From positions 1-64,000 of the forward strand of contig JBHGNT010000120.1 of the NCBI GenBank assembly GCA_043228905.1: a stretch of DNA of 64,000 nt, written 5' to 3'. This DNA comes from Azolla caroliniana (Eukaryota; Plantae; Polypodiophyta). The notes under the pieces are model-generated. The model saw only the letters and a list, made by a program, of their open reading frames with translations. It was not told the origin of the DNA and made no database searches. This document shows, piece by piece, positions 1 to 10,474 of the stretch; the first letter of the stretch is position 1; each line of letters starts with the position of its first letter. A program made the translations under genes and the position numbers.

Positions 1-572
1 ACGCTCGCCGTGCTCCTGTCTGGCCTGGTTTGAATACAAGCGAGTAGACGCAAGAATGTGATGACGCCCAGTCGTTGTATGATGTGTATTTGGACGTGGT
101 CCTCAACAAGGATGACGTCGTTTGAAATTTAGAAACAATCTACACGAAGGCCACCGCTAAGACGTCGCATGCGCGATACTCTTCATTTGGTTAGAGTAGA
201 ATGCGCGTATTCGAGATTCAACGATGCAAATTTACGTACGAGTGGAAGAACCTAGCGGCCGGTATCATGAGACGAGAACGGTATCTACACATCGGAGATT
301 GACAGTTTGAGACGAAAACTCTTCTCGAAGGTCATTTGTATGGTTCATGCATGCTTTTCTATGGATTGCATTGCATGCGTCACACCGCATACCTTTATCC
401 GATAAACCCATTTAAGCGCATCTCCGTAATGTGGCGAGTAATAGAATGGTAAGGTAAGTGACAAGAGATCCCATGAAAAATACGATGATCAAGAAATATG
501 ATGAGAAATGAGAGATCCTATCCGATCACGTGCGAGATCTTCATTCCTTTCACGTTTCGATGAATGGTCGAA

Positions 573-645
573 GATCCTATGGCCTAATGGATAAGGCGTT
601 GGTCTTCGAAACCAAAGATTCTAGGTTCGACCCCTAGTAGGATCG
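573..645 (+). tRNA. trnR-UCG: tRNA-Arg(TCG), unit 1
   Basis: Cloverleaf: acceptor GATCCTA/TAGGATC, D stem GCCT/AGGC with loop AATGGATA (A20 Arg identity), anticodon stem TTGGT/ACCAA with loop CT-TCG-AA (606-608), T stem CTAGG/CCTAG with loop TTCGACC, discriminator G, no CCA, no intron. Confidence 0.96.
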
Positions 646-748
646 GTTTAGAATCGTGACCCTAGTGTACGTCGACATCAAGAACACGACGACCAAGGAT
701 CATTCACGGAGTCATAATGCGCATCCGTCTCGACCGTCTAGAAAATGC

Positions 749-771
749 GCGGATCTTGTATCCGCTGTTTT
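749..771 (+). terminator. Candidate Pol III terminator for the TCG gene: 6-bp hairpin followed by TGTTTT (present in every unit)
   Basis: GCGGAT-cttgt-ATCCGC then TGTTTT; first T4 run downstream of the TCG gene (about 123 nt away); function inferred. Confidence 0.35.
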
Positions 772-921
772 GGCTTAATGGATGCATTCATTTACGAGGA
801 TGATGATGTTTAATAGGTAAAAGAAATGGAACGGTTTATCCGGCACAAATTCCTCATCAAAAGTGCATCGCATGTCCATCGCGATCCTCAATGGAAGTAC
901 ATTTTCCAATGGAAAACCGAA

Positions 922-994
922 GATCCTATGGCCCAATGGATAAGGCGCTGGTCTACGAAACCAGAGATTCTAGGTTCGATCCCTGGTAGGATCG
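922..994 (+). tRNA. trnR-ACG: tRNA-Arg(ACG), unit 1
   Basis: Cloverleaf: acceptor GATCCTA/TAGGATC, D arm GCCC-AATGGATA-AGGC, anticodon stem CTGGT/ACCAG with loop CT-ACG-AA (955-957), T stem CTAGG/CCTGG with loop TTCGATC, discriminator G, no CCA, no intron. Confidence 0.97.
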
Positions 995-1757
995 ATTAGG
1001 ATTAGGTTCCGCTTCTCGAGAATCGGAATACAACGAGACTGTTGCGCAATCAATACATGCGTGGATCCCTTGGGGAAGGGATAACATCGCGTATTTGAAC
1101 GTAATCATCGATCACGACGATGCCGTTCACATATTTCTGATGCGCATTCGCTCGAGGGAACATATGAACAATGCCTTTCTTGCTTACGCTCGCCGTGCTC
1201 CTGTCTGGCCTGGTTTGAATACAAGCGAGTAGACGCAAGAATGTGATGACGCCCAGTCGTTGTATGATGTGTATTTGGACGTGGTCCTCAACAAGGATGA
1301 CGTCGTTTGAAATTTAGAAACAATCTACACGAAGGCCACCGCTAAGACGTCGCATGCGCGATACTCTTCATTTGGTTAGAGTAGAATGCGCGTATTCGAG
1401 ATTCAACGATGCAAATTTACGTACGAGTGGAAGAACCTAGCGGCCGGTATCATGAGACGAGAACGGTATCTACACATCGGAGATTGACAGTTTGAGACGA
1501 AAACTCTTCTCGAAGGTCATTTGTATGGTTCATGCATGCTTTTCTATGGATTGCATTGCATGCGTCACACCGCATACCTTTATCCGATAAACCCATTTAA
1601 GCGCATCTCCGTAATGTGGCGAGTAATAGAATGGTAAGGTAAGTGACAAGAGATCCCATGAAAAATACGATGATCAAGAAATATGATGAGAAATGAGAGA
1701 TCCTATCCGATCACGTGCGAGATCTTCATTCCTTTCACGTTTCGATGAATGGTCGAA

Positions 1758-1830
1758 GATCCTATGGCCTAATGGATAAGGCGTTGGTCTTCGAAACCAA
1801 AGATTCTAGGTTCGACCCCTAGTAGGATCG
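1758..1830 (+). tRNA. trnR-UCG: tRNA-Arg(TCG), unit 2
   Basis: copy of 573-645. Confidence 0.95.
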
Positions 1831-2106
1831 GTTTAGAATCGTGACCCTAGTGTACGTCGACATCAAGAACACGACGACCAAGGATCATTCACGGAGTCAT
1901 AATGCGCATCCGTCTCGACCGTCTAGAAAATGCGCGGATCTTGTATCCGCTGTTTTGGCTTAATGGATGCATTCATTTACGAGGATGATGATGTTTAATA
2001 GGTAAAAGAAATGGAACGGTTTATCCGGCACAAATTCCTCATCAAAAGTGCATCGCATGTCCATCGCGATCCTCAATGGAAGTACATTTTCCAATGGAAA
2101 ACCGAA

Positions 2107-2179
2107 GATCCTATGGCCCAATGGATAAGGCGCTGGTCTACGAAACCAGAGATTCTAGGTTCGATCCCTGGTAGGATCG
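2107..2179 (+). tRNA. trnR-ACG: tRNA-Arg(ACG), unit 2
   Basis: copy of 922-994. Confidence 0.95.
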
Positions 2180-2942
2180 ATTAGGATTAGGTTCCGCTTC
2201 TCGAGAATCGGAATACAACGAGACTGTTGCGCAATCAATACATGCGTGGATCCCTTGGGGAAGGGATAACATCGCGTATTTGAACGTAATCATCGATCAC
2301 GACGATGCCGTTCACATATTTCTGATGCGCATTCGCTCGAGGGAACATATGAACAATGCCTTTCTTGCTTACGCTCGCCGTGCTCCTGTCTGGCCTGGTT
2401 TGAATACAAGCGAGTAGACGCAAGAATGTGATGACGCCCAGTCGTTGTATGATGTGTATTTGGACGTGGTCCTCAACAAGGATGACGTCGTTTGAAATTT
2501 AGAAACAATCTACACGAAGGCCACCGCTAAGACGTCGCATGCGCGATACTCTTCATTTGGTTAGAGTAGAATGCGCGTATTCGAGATTCAACGATGCAAA
2601 TTTACGTACGAGTGGAAGAACCTAGCGGCCGGTATCATGAGACGAGAACAGTATCTACACATCGGAGATTGACAGTTTGAGACGAAAACTCTTCTCGAAG
2701 GTCATTTGTATGGTTCATGCATGCTTTTCTATGGATTGCATTGCATGCGTCACACCGCATACCTTTATCCGATAAACCCATTTAAGCGCATCTCCGTAAT
2801 GTGGCGAGTAATAGAATGGTAAGGTAAGTGACAAGAGATCCCATGAAAAATACGATGATCAAGAAATATGATGAGAAATGAGAGATCCTATCCGATCACG
2901 TGCGAGATCTTCATTCCTTTCACGTTTCGATGAATGGTCGAA

Positions 2943-3015
2943 GATCCTATGGCCTAATGGATAAGGCGTTGGTCTTCGAAACCAAAGATTCTAGGTTCGA
3001 CCCCTAGTAGGATCG
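2943..3015 (+). tRNA. trnR-UCG: tRNA-Arg(TCG), unit 3
   Basis: copy of 573-645. Confidence 0.95.
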
Positions 3016-3291
3016 GTTTAGAATCGTGACCCTAGTGTACGTCGACATCAAGAACACGACGACCAAGGATCATTCACGGAGTCATAATGCGCATCCGTCT
3101 CGACCGTCTAGAAAATGCGCGGATCTTGTATCCGCTGTTTTGGCTTAATGGATGCATTCATTTACGAGGATGATGATGTTTAATAGGTAAAAGAAATGGA
3201 ACGGTTTATCCGGCACAAATTCCTCATCAAAAGTGCATCGCATGTCCATCGCGATCCTCAATGGAAGTACATTTTCCAATGGAAAACCGAA

Positions 3292-3364
3292 GATCCTATG
3301 GCCCAATGGATAAGGCGCTGGTCTACGAAACCAGAGATTCTAGGTTCGATCCCTGGTAGGATCG
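3292..3364 (+). tRNA. trnR-ACG: tRNA-Arg(ACG), unit 3
   Basis: copy of 922-994. Confidence 0.95.
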
Positions 3365-4127
3365 ATTAGGATTAGGTTCCGCTTCTCGAGAATCGGAATA
3401 CAACGAGACTGTTGCGCAATCAATACATGCGTGGATCCCTTGGGGAAGGGATAACATCGCGTATTTGAACGTAATCATCGATCACGACGATGTCGTTCAC
3501 ATATTTCTGATGCGCATTCGCTCGAGGGAACATATGAACAATGCCTTTCTTGCTTACGCTCGCCGTGCTCCTGTCTGGCCTGGTTTGAATACAAGCGAGT
3601 AGACGCAAGAATGTGATGACGCCCAGTCGTTGTATGATGTGTATTTGGACGTGGTCCTCAACAAGGATGACGTCGTTTGAAATTTAGAAACAATCTACAC
3701 GAAGGCCACCGCTAAGACGTCGCATGCGCGATACTCTTCATTTGGTTAGAGTAGAATGCGCGTATTCGAGATTCAACGATGCAAATTTACGTACGAGTGG
3801 AAGAACCTAGCGGCCGGTATCATGAGACGAGAACGGTATCTACACATCGGAGATTGACAGTTTGAGACGAAAACTCTTCTCGAAGGTCATTTGTATGGTT
3901 CATGCATGCTTTTCTATGGATTGCATTGCATGCGTCACACCGCATACCTTTATCCGATAAACCCATTTAAGCGCATCTCCGTAATGTGGCGAGTAATAGA
4001 ATGGTAAGGTAAGTGACAAGAGATCCCATGAAAAATACGATGATCAAGAAATATGATGAGAAATGAGAGATCCTATCCGATCACGTGCGAGATCTTCATT
4101 CCTTTCACGTTTCGATGAATGGTCGAA

Positions 4128-4200
4128 GATCCTATGGCCTAATGGATAAGGCGTTGGTCTTCGAAACCAAAGATTCTAGGTTCGACCCCTAGTAGGATCG
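4128..4200 (+). tRNA. trnR-UCG: tRNA-Arg(TCG), unit 4
   Basis: copy of 573-645. Confidence 0.95.
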
Positions 4201-4476
4201 GTTTAGAATCGTGACCCTAGTGTACGTCGACATCAAGAACACGACGACCAAGGATCATTCACGGAGTCATAATGCGCATCCGTCTCGACCGTCTAGAAAA
4301 TGCGCGGATCTTGTATCCGCTGTTTTGGCTTAATGGATGCATTCATTTACGAGGATGATGATGTTTAATAGGTAAAAGAAATGGAACGGTTTATCCGGCA
4401 CAAATTCCTCATCAAAAGTGCATCGCATGTCCATCGCGATCCTCAATGGAAGTACATTTTCCAATGGAAAACCGAA

Positions 4477-4549
4477 GATCCTATGGCCCAATGGATAAGG
4501 CGCTGGTCTACGAAACCAGAGATTCTAGGTTCGATCCCTGGTAGGATCG
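4477..4549 (+). tRNA. trnR-ACG: tRNA-Arg(ACG), unit 4
   Basis: copy of 922-994. Confidence 0.95.
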
Positions 4550-5312
4550 ATTAGGATTAGGTTCCGCTTCTCGAGAATCGGAATACAACGAGACTGTTGC
4601 GCAATCAATACATGCGTGGATCCCTTGGGGAAGGGATAACATCGCGTATTTGAACGTAATCATCGATCACGACGATGCCGTTCACATATTTCTGATGCGC
4701 ATTCGCTCGAGGGAACATATGAACAATGCCTTTCTTGCTTACGCTCGCCGTGCTCCTGTCTGGCCTGGTTTGAATACAAGCGAGTAGACGCAAGAATGTG
4801 ATGACGCCCAGTCGTTGTATGATGTGTATTTGGACGTGGTCCTCAACAAGGATGACGTCGTTTGAAATTTAGAAACAATCTACACGAAGGCCACCGCTAA
4901 GACGTCGCATGCGCGATACTCTTCATTTGGTTAGAGTAGAATGCGCGTATTCGAGATTCAACGATGCAAATTTACGTACGAGTGGAAGAACCTAGCGGCC
5001 GGTATCATGAGACGAGAACGGTATCTACACATCGGAGATTGACAGTTTGAGACGAAAACTCTTCTCGAAGGTCATTTGTATGGTTCATGCATGCTTTTCT
5101 ATGGATTGCATTGCATGCGTCACACCGCATACCTTTATCCGATAAACCCATTTAAGCGCATCTCCGTAATGTGGCGAGTAATAGAATGGTAAGGTAAGTG
5201 ACAAGAGATCCCATGAAAAATACGATGATCAAGAAATATGATGAGAAATGAGAGATCCTATCCGATCACGTGCGAGATCTTCATTCCTTTCACGTTTCGA
5301 TGAATGGTCGAA

Positions 5313-5385
5313 GATCCTATGGCCTAATGGATAAGGCGTTGGTCTTCGAAACCAAAGATTCTAGGTTCGACCCCTAGTAGGATCG
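5313..5385 (+). tRNA. trnR-UCG: tRNA-Arg(TCG), unit 5
   Basis: copy of 573-645. Confidence 0.95.
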
Positions 5386-5661
5386 GTTTAGAATCGTGAC
5401 CCTAGTGTACGTCGACATCAAGAACACGACGACCAAGGATCATTCACGGAGTCATAATGCGCATCCGTCTCGACCGTCTAGAAAATGCGCGGATCTTGTA
5501 TCCGCTGTTTTGGCTTAATGGATGCATTCATTTACGAGGATGATGATGTTTAATAGGTAAAAGAAATGGAACGGTTTATCCGGCACAAATTCCTCATCAA
5601 AAGTGCATCGCATGTCCATCGCGATCCTCAATGGAAGTACATTTTCCAATGGAAAACCGAA

Positions 5662-5734
5662 GATCCTATGGCCCAATGGATAAGGCGCTGGTCTACGAAA
5701 CCAGAGATTCTAGGTTCGATCCCTGGTAGGATCG
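5662..5734 (+). tRNA. trnR-ACG: tRNA-Arg(ACG), unit 5
   Basis: copy of 922-994. Confidence 0.95.
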
Positions 5735-6497
5735 ATTAGGATTAGGTTCCGCTTCTCGAGAATCGGAATACAACGAGACTGTTGCGCAATCAATACATGC
5801 GTGGATCCCTTGGGGAAGGGATAACATCGCGTATTTGAACGTAATCATCGATCACGACGATGCCGTTCACATATTTCTGATGCGCATTCGCTCGAGGGAA
5901 CATATGAACAATGCCTTTCTTGCTTACGCTCGCCGTGCTCCTGTCTGGCCTGGTTTGAATACAAGCGAGTAGACGCAAGAATGTGATGACGCCCAGTCGT
6001 TGTATGATGTGTATTTGGACGTGGTCCTCAACAAGGATGACGTCGTTTGAAATTTAGAAACAATCTACACGAAGGCCACCGCTAAGACGTCGCATGCGCG
6101 ATACTCTTCATTTGGTTAGAGTAGAATGCGCGTATTCGAGATTCAACGATGCAAATTTACGTACGAGTGGAAGAACCTAGCGGCCGGTATCATGAGACGA
6201 GAACGGTATCTACACATCGGAGATTGACAGTTTGAGACGAAAACTCTTCTCGAAGGTCATTTGTATGGTTCATGCATGCTTTTCTATGGATTGCATTGCA
6301 TGCGTCACACCGCATACCTTTATCCGATAAACCCATTTAAGCGCATCTCCGTAATGTGGCGAGTAATAGAATGGTAAGGTAAGTGACAAGAGATCCCATG
6401 AAAAATACGATGATCAAGAAATATGATGAGAAATGAGAGATCCTATCCGATCACGTGCGAGATCTTCATTCCTTTCACGTTTCGATGAATGGTCGAA

Positions 6498-6570
6498 GAT
6501 CCTATGGCCTAATGGATAAGGCGTTGGTCTTCGAAACCAAAGATTCTAGGTTCGACCCCTAGTAGGATCG
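6498..6570 (+). tRNA. trnR-UCG: tRNA-Arg(TCG), unit 6
   Basis: copy of 573-645. Confidence 0.95.
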
Positions 6571-6846
6571 GTTTAGAATCGTGACCCTAGTGTACGTCGA
6601 CATCAAGAACACGACGACCAAGGATCATTCACGGAGTCATAATGCGCATCCGTCTCGACCGTCTAGAAAATGCGCGGATCTTGTATCCGCTGTTTTGGCT
6701 TAATGGATGCATTCATTTACGAGGATGATGATGTTTAATAGGTAAAAGAAATGGAACGGTTTATCCGGCACAAATTCCTCATCAAAAGTGCATCGCATGT
6801 CCATCGCGATCCTCAATGGAAGTACATTTTCCAATGGAAAACCGAA

Positions 6847-6919
6847 GATCCTATGGCCCAATGGATAAGGCGCTGGTCTACGAAACCAGAGATTCTAGGT
6901 TCGATCCCTGGTAGGATCG
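6847..6919 (+). tRNA. trnR-ACG: tRNA-Arg(ACG), unit 6
   Basis: copy of 922-994. Confidence 0.95.
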
Positions 6920-7682
6920 ATTAGGATTAGGTTCCGCTTCTCGAGAATCGGAATACAACGAGACTGTTGCGCAATCAATACATGCGTGGATCCCTTGGGG
7001 AAGGGATAACATCGCGTATTTGAACGTAATCATCGATCACGACGATGCCGTTCACATATTTCTGATGCGCATTCGCTCGAGGGAACATATGAACAATGCC
7101 TTTCTTGCTTACGCTCGCCGTGCTCCTGTCTGGCCTGGTTTGAATACAAGCGAGTAGACGCAAGAATGTGATGACGCCCAGTCGTTGTATGATGTGTATT
7201 TGGACGTGGTCCTCAACAAGGATGACGTCGTTTGAAATTTAGAAACAATCTACACGAAGGCCACCGCTAAGACGTCGCATGCGCGATACTCTTCATTTGG
7301 TTAGAGTAGAATGCGCGTATTCGAGATTCAACGATGCAAATTTACGTACGAGTGGAAGAACCTAGCGGCCGGTATCATGAGACGAGAACGGTATCTACAC
7401 ATCGGAGATTGACAGTTTGAGACGAAAACTCTTCTCGAAGGTCATTTGTATGGTTCATGCATGCTTTTCTATGGATTGCATTGCATGCGTCACACCGCAT
7501 ACCTTTATCCGATAAACCCATTTAAGCGCATCTCCGTAATGTGGCGAGTAATAGAATGGTAAGGTAAGTGACAAGAGATCCCATGAAAAATACGATGATC
7601 AAGAAATATGATGAGAAATGAGAGATCCTATCCGATCACGTGCGAGATCTTCATTCCTTTCACGTTTCGATGAATGGTCGAA

Positions 7683-7755
7683 GATCCTATGGCCTAATGG
7701 ATAAGGCGTTGGTCTTCGAAACCAAAGATTCTAGGTTCGACCCCTAGTAGGATCG
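7683..7755 (+). tRNA. trnR-UCG: tRNA-Arg(TCG), unit 7
   Basis: copy of 573-645. Confidence 0.95.
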
Positions 7756-8031
7756 GTTTAGAATCGTGACCCTAGTGTACGTCGACATCAAGAACACGAC
7801 GACCAAGGATCATTCACGGAGTCATAATGCGCATCCGTCTCGACCGTCTAGAAAATGCGCGGATCTTGTATCCGCTGTTTTGGCTTAATGGATGCATTCA
7901 TTTACGAGGATGATGATGTTTAATAGGTAAAAGAAATGGAACGGTTTATCCGGCACAAATTCCTCATCAAAAGTGCATCGCATGTCCATCGCGATCCTCA
8001 ATGGAAGTACATTTTCCAATGGAAAACCGAA

Positions 8032-8104
8032 GATCCTATGGCCCAATGGATAAGGCGCTGGTCTACGAAACCAGAGATTCTAGGTTCGATCCCTGGTAGG
8101 ATCG
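8032..8104 (+). tRNA. trnR-ACG: tRNA-Arg(ACG), unit 7
   Basis: copy of 922-994. Confidence 0.95.
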
Positions 8105-8867
8105 ATTAGGATTAGGTTCCGCTTCTCGAGAATCGGAATACAACGAGACTGTTGCGCAATCAATACATGCGTGGATCCCTTGGGGAAGGGATAACATCGC
8201 GTATTTGAACGTAATCATCGATCACGACGATGCCGTTCACATATTTCTGATGCGCATTCGCTCGAGGGAACATATGAACAATGCCTTTCTTGCTTACGCT
8301 CGCCGTGCTCCTGTCTGGCCTGGTTTGAATACAAGCGAGTAGACGCAAGAATGTGATGACGCCCAGTCGTTGTATGATGTGTATTTGGACGTGGTCCTCA
8401 ACAAGGATGACGTCGTTTGAAATTTAGAAACAATCTACACGAAGGCCACCGCTAAGACGTCGCATGCGCGATACTCTTCATTTGGTTAGAGTAGAATGCG
8501 CGTATTCGAGATTCAACGATGCAAATTTACGTACGAGTGGAAGAACCTAGCGGCCGGTATCATGAGACGAGAACGGTATCTACACATCGGAGATTGACAG
8601 TTTGAGACGAAAACTCTTCTCGAAGGTCATTTGTATGGTTCATGCATGCTTTTCTATGGATTGCATTGCATGCGTCACACCGCATACCTTTATCCGATAA
8701 ACCCATTTAAGCGCATCTCCGTAATGTGGCGAGTAATAGAATGGTAAGGTAAGTGACAAGAGATCCCATGAAAAATACGATGATCAAGAAATATGATGAG
8801 AAATGAGAGATCCTATCCGATCACGTGCGAGATCTTCATTCCTTTCACGTTTCGATGAATGGTCGAA

Positions 8868-8940
8868 GATCCTATGGCCTAATGGATAAGGCGTTGGTCT
8901 TCGAAACCAAAGATTCTAGGTTCGACCCCTAGTAGGATCG
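8868..8940 (+). tRNA. trnR-UCG: tRNA-Arg(TCG), unit 8
   Basis: copy of 573-645. Confidence 0.95.
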
Positions 8941-9216
8941 GTTTAGAATCGTGACCCTAGTGTACGTCGACATCAAGAACACGACGACCAAGGATCATTC
9001 ACGGAGTCATAATGCGCATCCGTCTCGACCGTCTAGAAAATGCGCGGATCTTGTATCCGCTGTTTTGGCTTAATGGATGCATTCATTTACGAGGATGATG
9101 ATGTTTAATAGGTAAAAGAAATGGAACGGTTTATCCGGCACAAATTCCTCATCAAAAGTGCATCGCATGTCCATCGCGATCCTCAATGGAAGTACATTTT
9201 CCAATGGAAAACCGAA

Positions 9217-9289
9217 GATCCTATGGCCCAATGGATAAGGCGCTGGTCTACGAAACCAGAGATTCTAGGTTCGATCCCTGGTAGGATCG
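9217..9289 (+). tRNA. trnR-ACG: tRNA-Arg(ACG), unit 8
   Basis: copy of 922-994. Confidence 0.95.
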
Positions 9290-10052
9290 ATTAGGATTAG
9301 GTTCCGCTTCTCGAGAATCGGAATACAACGAGACTGTTGCGCAATCAATACATGCGTGGATCCCTTGGGGAAGGGATAACATCGCGTATTTGAACGTAAT
9401 CATCGATCACGACGATGCCGTTCACATATTTCTGATGCGCATTCGCTCGAGGGAACATATGAACAATGCCTTTCTTGCTTACGCTCGCCGTGCTCCTGTC
9501 TGGCCTGGTTTGAATACAAGCGAGTAGACGCAAGAATGTGATGACGCCCAGTCGTTGTATGATGTGTATTTGGACGTGGTCCTCAACAAGGATGACGTCG
9601 TTTGAAATTTAGAAACAATCTACACGAAGGCCACCGCTAAGACGTCGCATGCGCGATACTCTTCATTTGGTTAGAGTAGAATGCGCGTATTCGAGATTCA
9701 ACGATGCAAATTTACGTACGAGTGGAAGAACCTAGCGGCCGGTATCATGAGACGAGAACGGTATCTACACATCGGAGATTGACAGTTTGAGACGAAAACT
9801 CTTCTCGAAGGTCATTTGTATGGTTCATGCATGCTTTTCTATGGATTGCATTGCATGCGTCACACCGCATACCTTTATCCGATAAACCCATTTAAGCGCA
9901 TCTCCGTAATGTGGCGAGTAATAGAATGGTAAGGTAAGTGACAAGAGATCCCATGAAAAATACGATGATCAAGAAATATGATGAGAAATGAGAGATCCTA
10001 TCCGATCACGTGCGAGATCTTCATTCCTTTCACGTTTCGATGAATGGTCGAA

Positions 10053-10125
10053 GATCCTATGGCCTAATGGATAAGGCGTTGGTCTTCGAAACCAAAGATT
10101 CTAGGTTCGACCCCTAGTAGGATCG
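10053..10125 (+). tRNA. trnR-UCG: tRNA-Arg(TCG), unit 9
   Basis: copy of 573-645. Confidence 0.95.
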
Positions 10126-10401
10126 GTTTAGAATCGTGACCCTAGTGTACGTCGACATCAAGAACACGACGACCAAGGATCATTCACGGAGTCATAATGC
10201 GCATCCGTCTCGACCGTCTAGAAAATGCGCGGATCTTGTATCCGCTGTTTTGGCTTAATGGATGCATTCATTTACGAGGATGATGATGTTTAATAGGTAA
10301 AAGAAATGGAACGGTTTATCCGGCACAAATTCCTCATCAAAAGTGCATCGCATGTCCATCGCGATCCTCAATGGAAGTACATTTTCCAATGGAAAACCGA
10401 A

Positions 10402-10474
10402 GATCCTATGGCCCAATGGATAAGGCGCTGGTCTACGAAACCAGAGATTCTAGGTTCGATCCCTGGTAGGATCG
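10402..10474 (+). tRNA. trnR-ACG: tRNA-Arg(ACG), unit 9
   Basis: copy of 922-994. Confidence 0.95.

Noticed and set aside
445-460. ATG-GTAAG-GTAAGT splice-donor consensus, suggesting a spliced-leader RNA gene in the unit
   Set aside because: No downstream Sm site (RAU4-6GR) and no match to leader exons I know
761-780. TCCGCTGTTTTGGCTTAATG resembles the dinoflagellate leader CCGTAGCCATTTTGGCTCAAG
   Set aside because: Only about 10 of 11 core bases match, with no AG/GT donor after it; compatible with chance
994-1006. TTAGGATTAGG resembling a telomeric repeat
   Set aside because: Only two imperfect copies, and polymorphic between units
58-1140. C-box-like RTGATGA words (near 58, 497, 800) suggesting C/D snoRNAs
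   Set aside because: The only CTGA I found on the + strand (1137-1140) is more than 300 nt from the nearest upstream C box, and there is no terminal stem
1-1185. 5S rRNA, CRISPR array or tRNA-derived SINE interpretation of the unit
   Set aside because: No 5S match on either strand; spacers are identical rather than unique; tRNAs are full-length with intact acceptor stems and have no tails or target-site duplications
1186-1232. GGTTTGAATAC B-box-like word inside a hairpin, suggesting a third tRNA
   Set aside because: No cloverleaf can be built; the T stem does not pair and there are no D or anticodon arms
1050-1238. 62-aa minus-strand ORF (MRLLACIQ...) repeated in every unit
   Set aside because: Short, no recognisable domain, and its identity between copies simply follows DNA-level homogenisation; chance ORF
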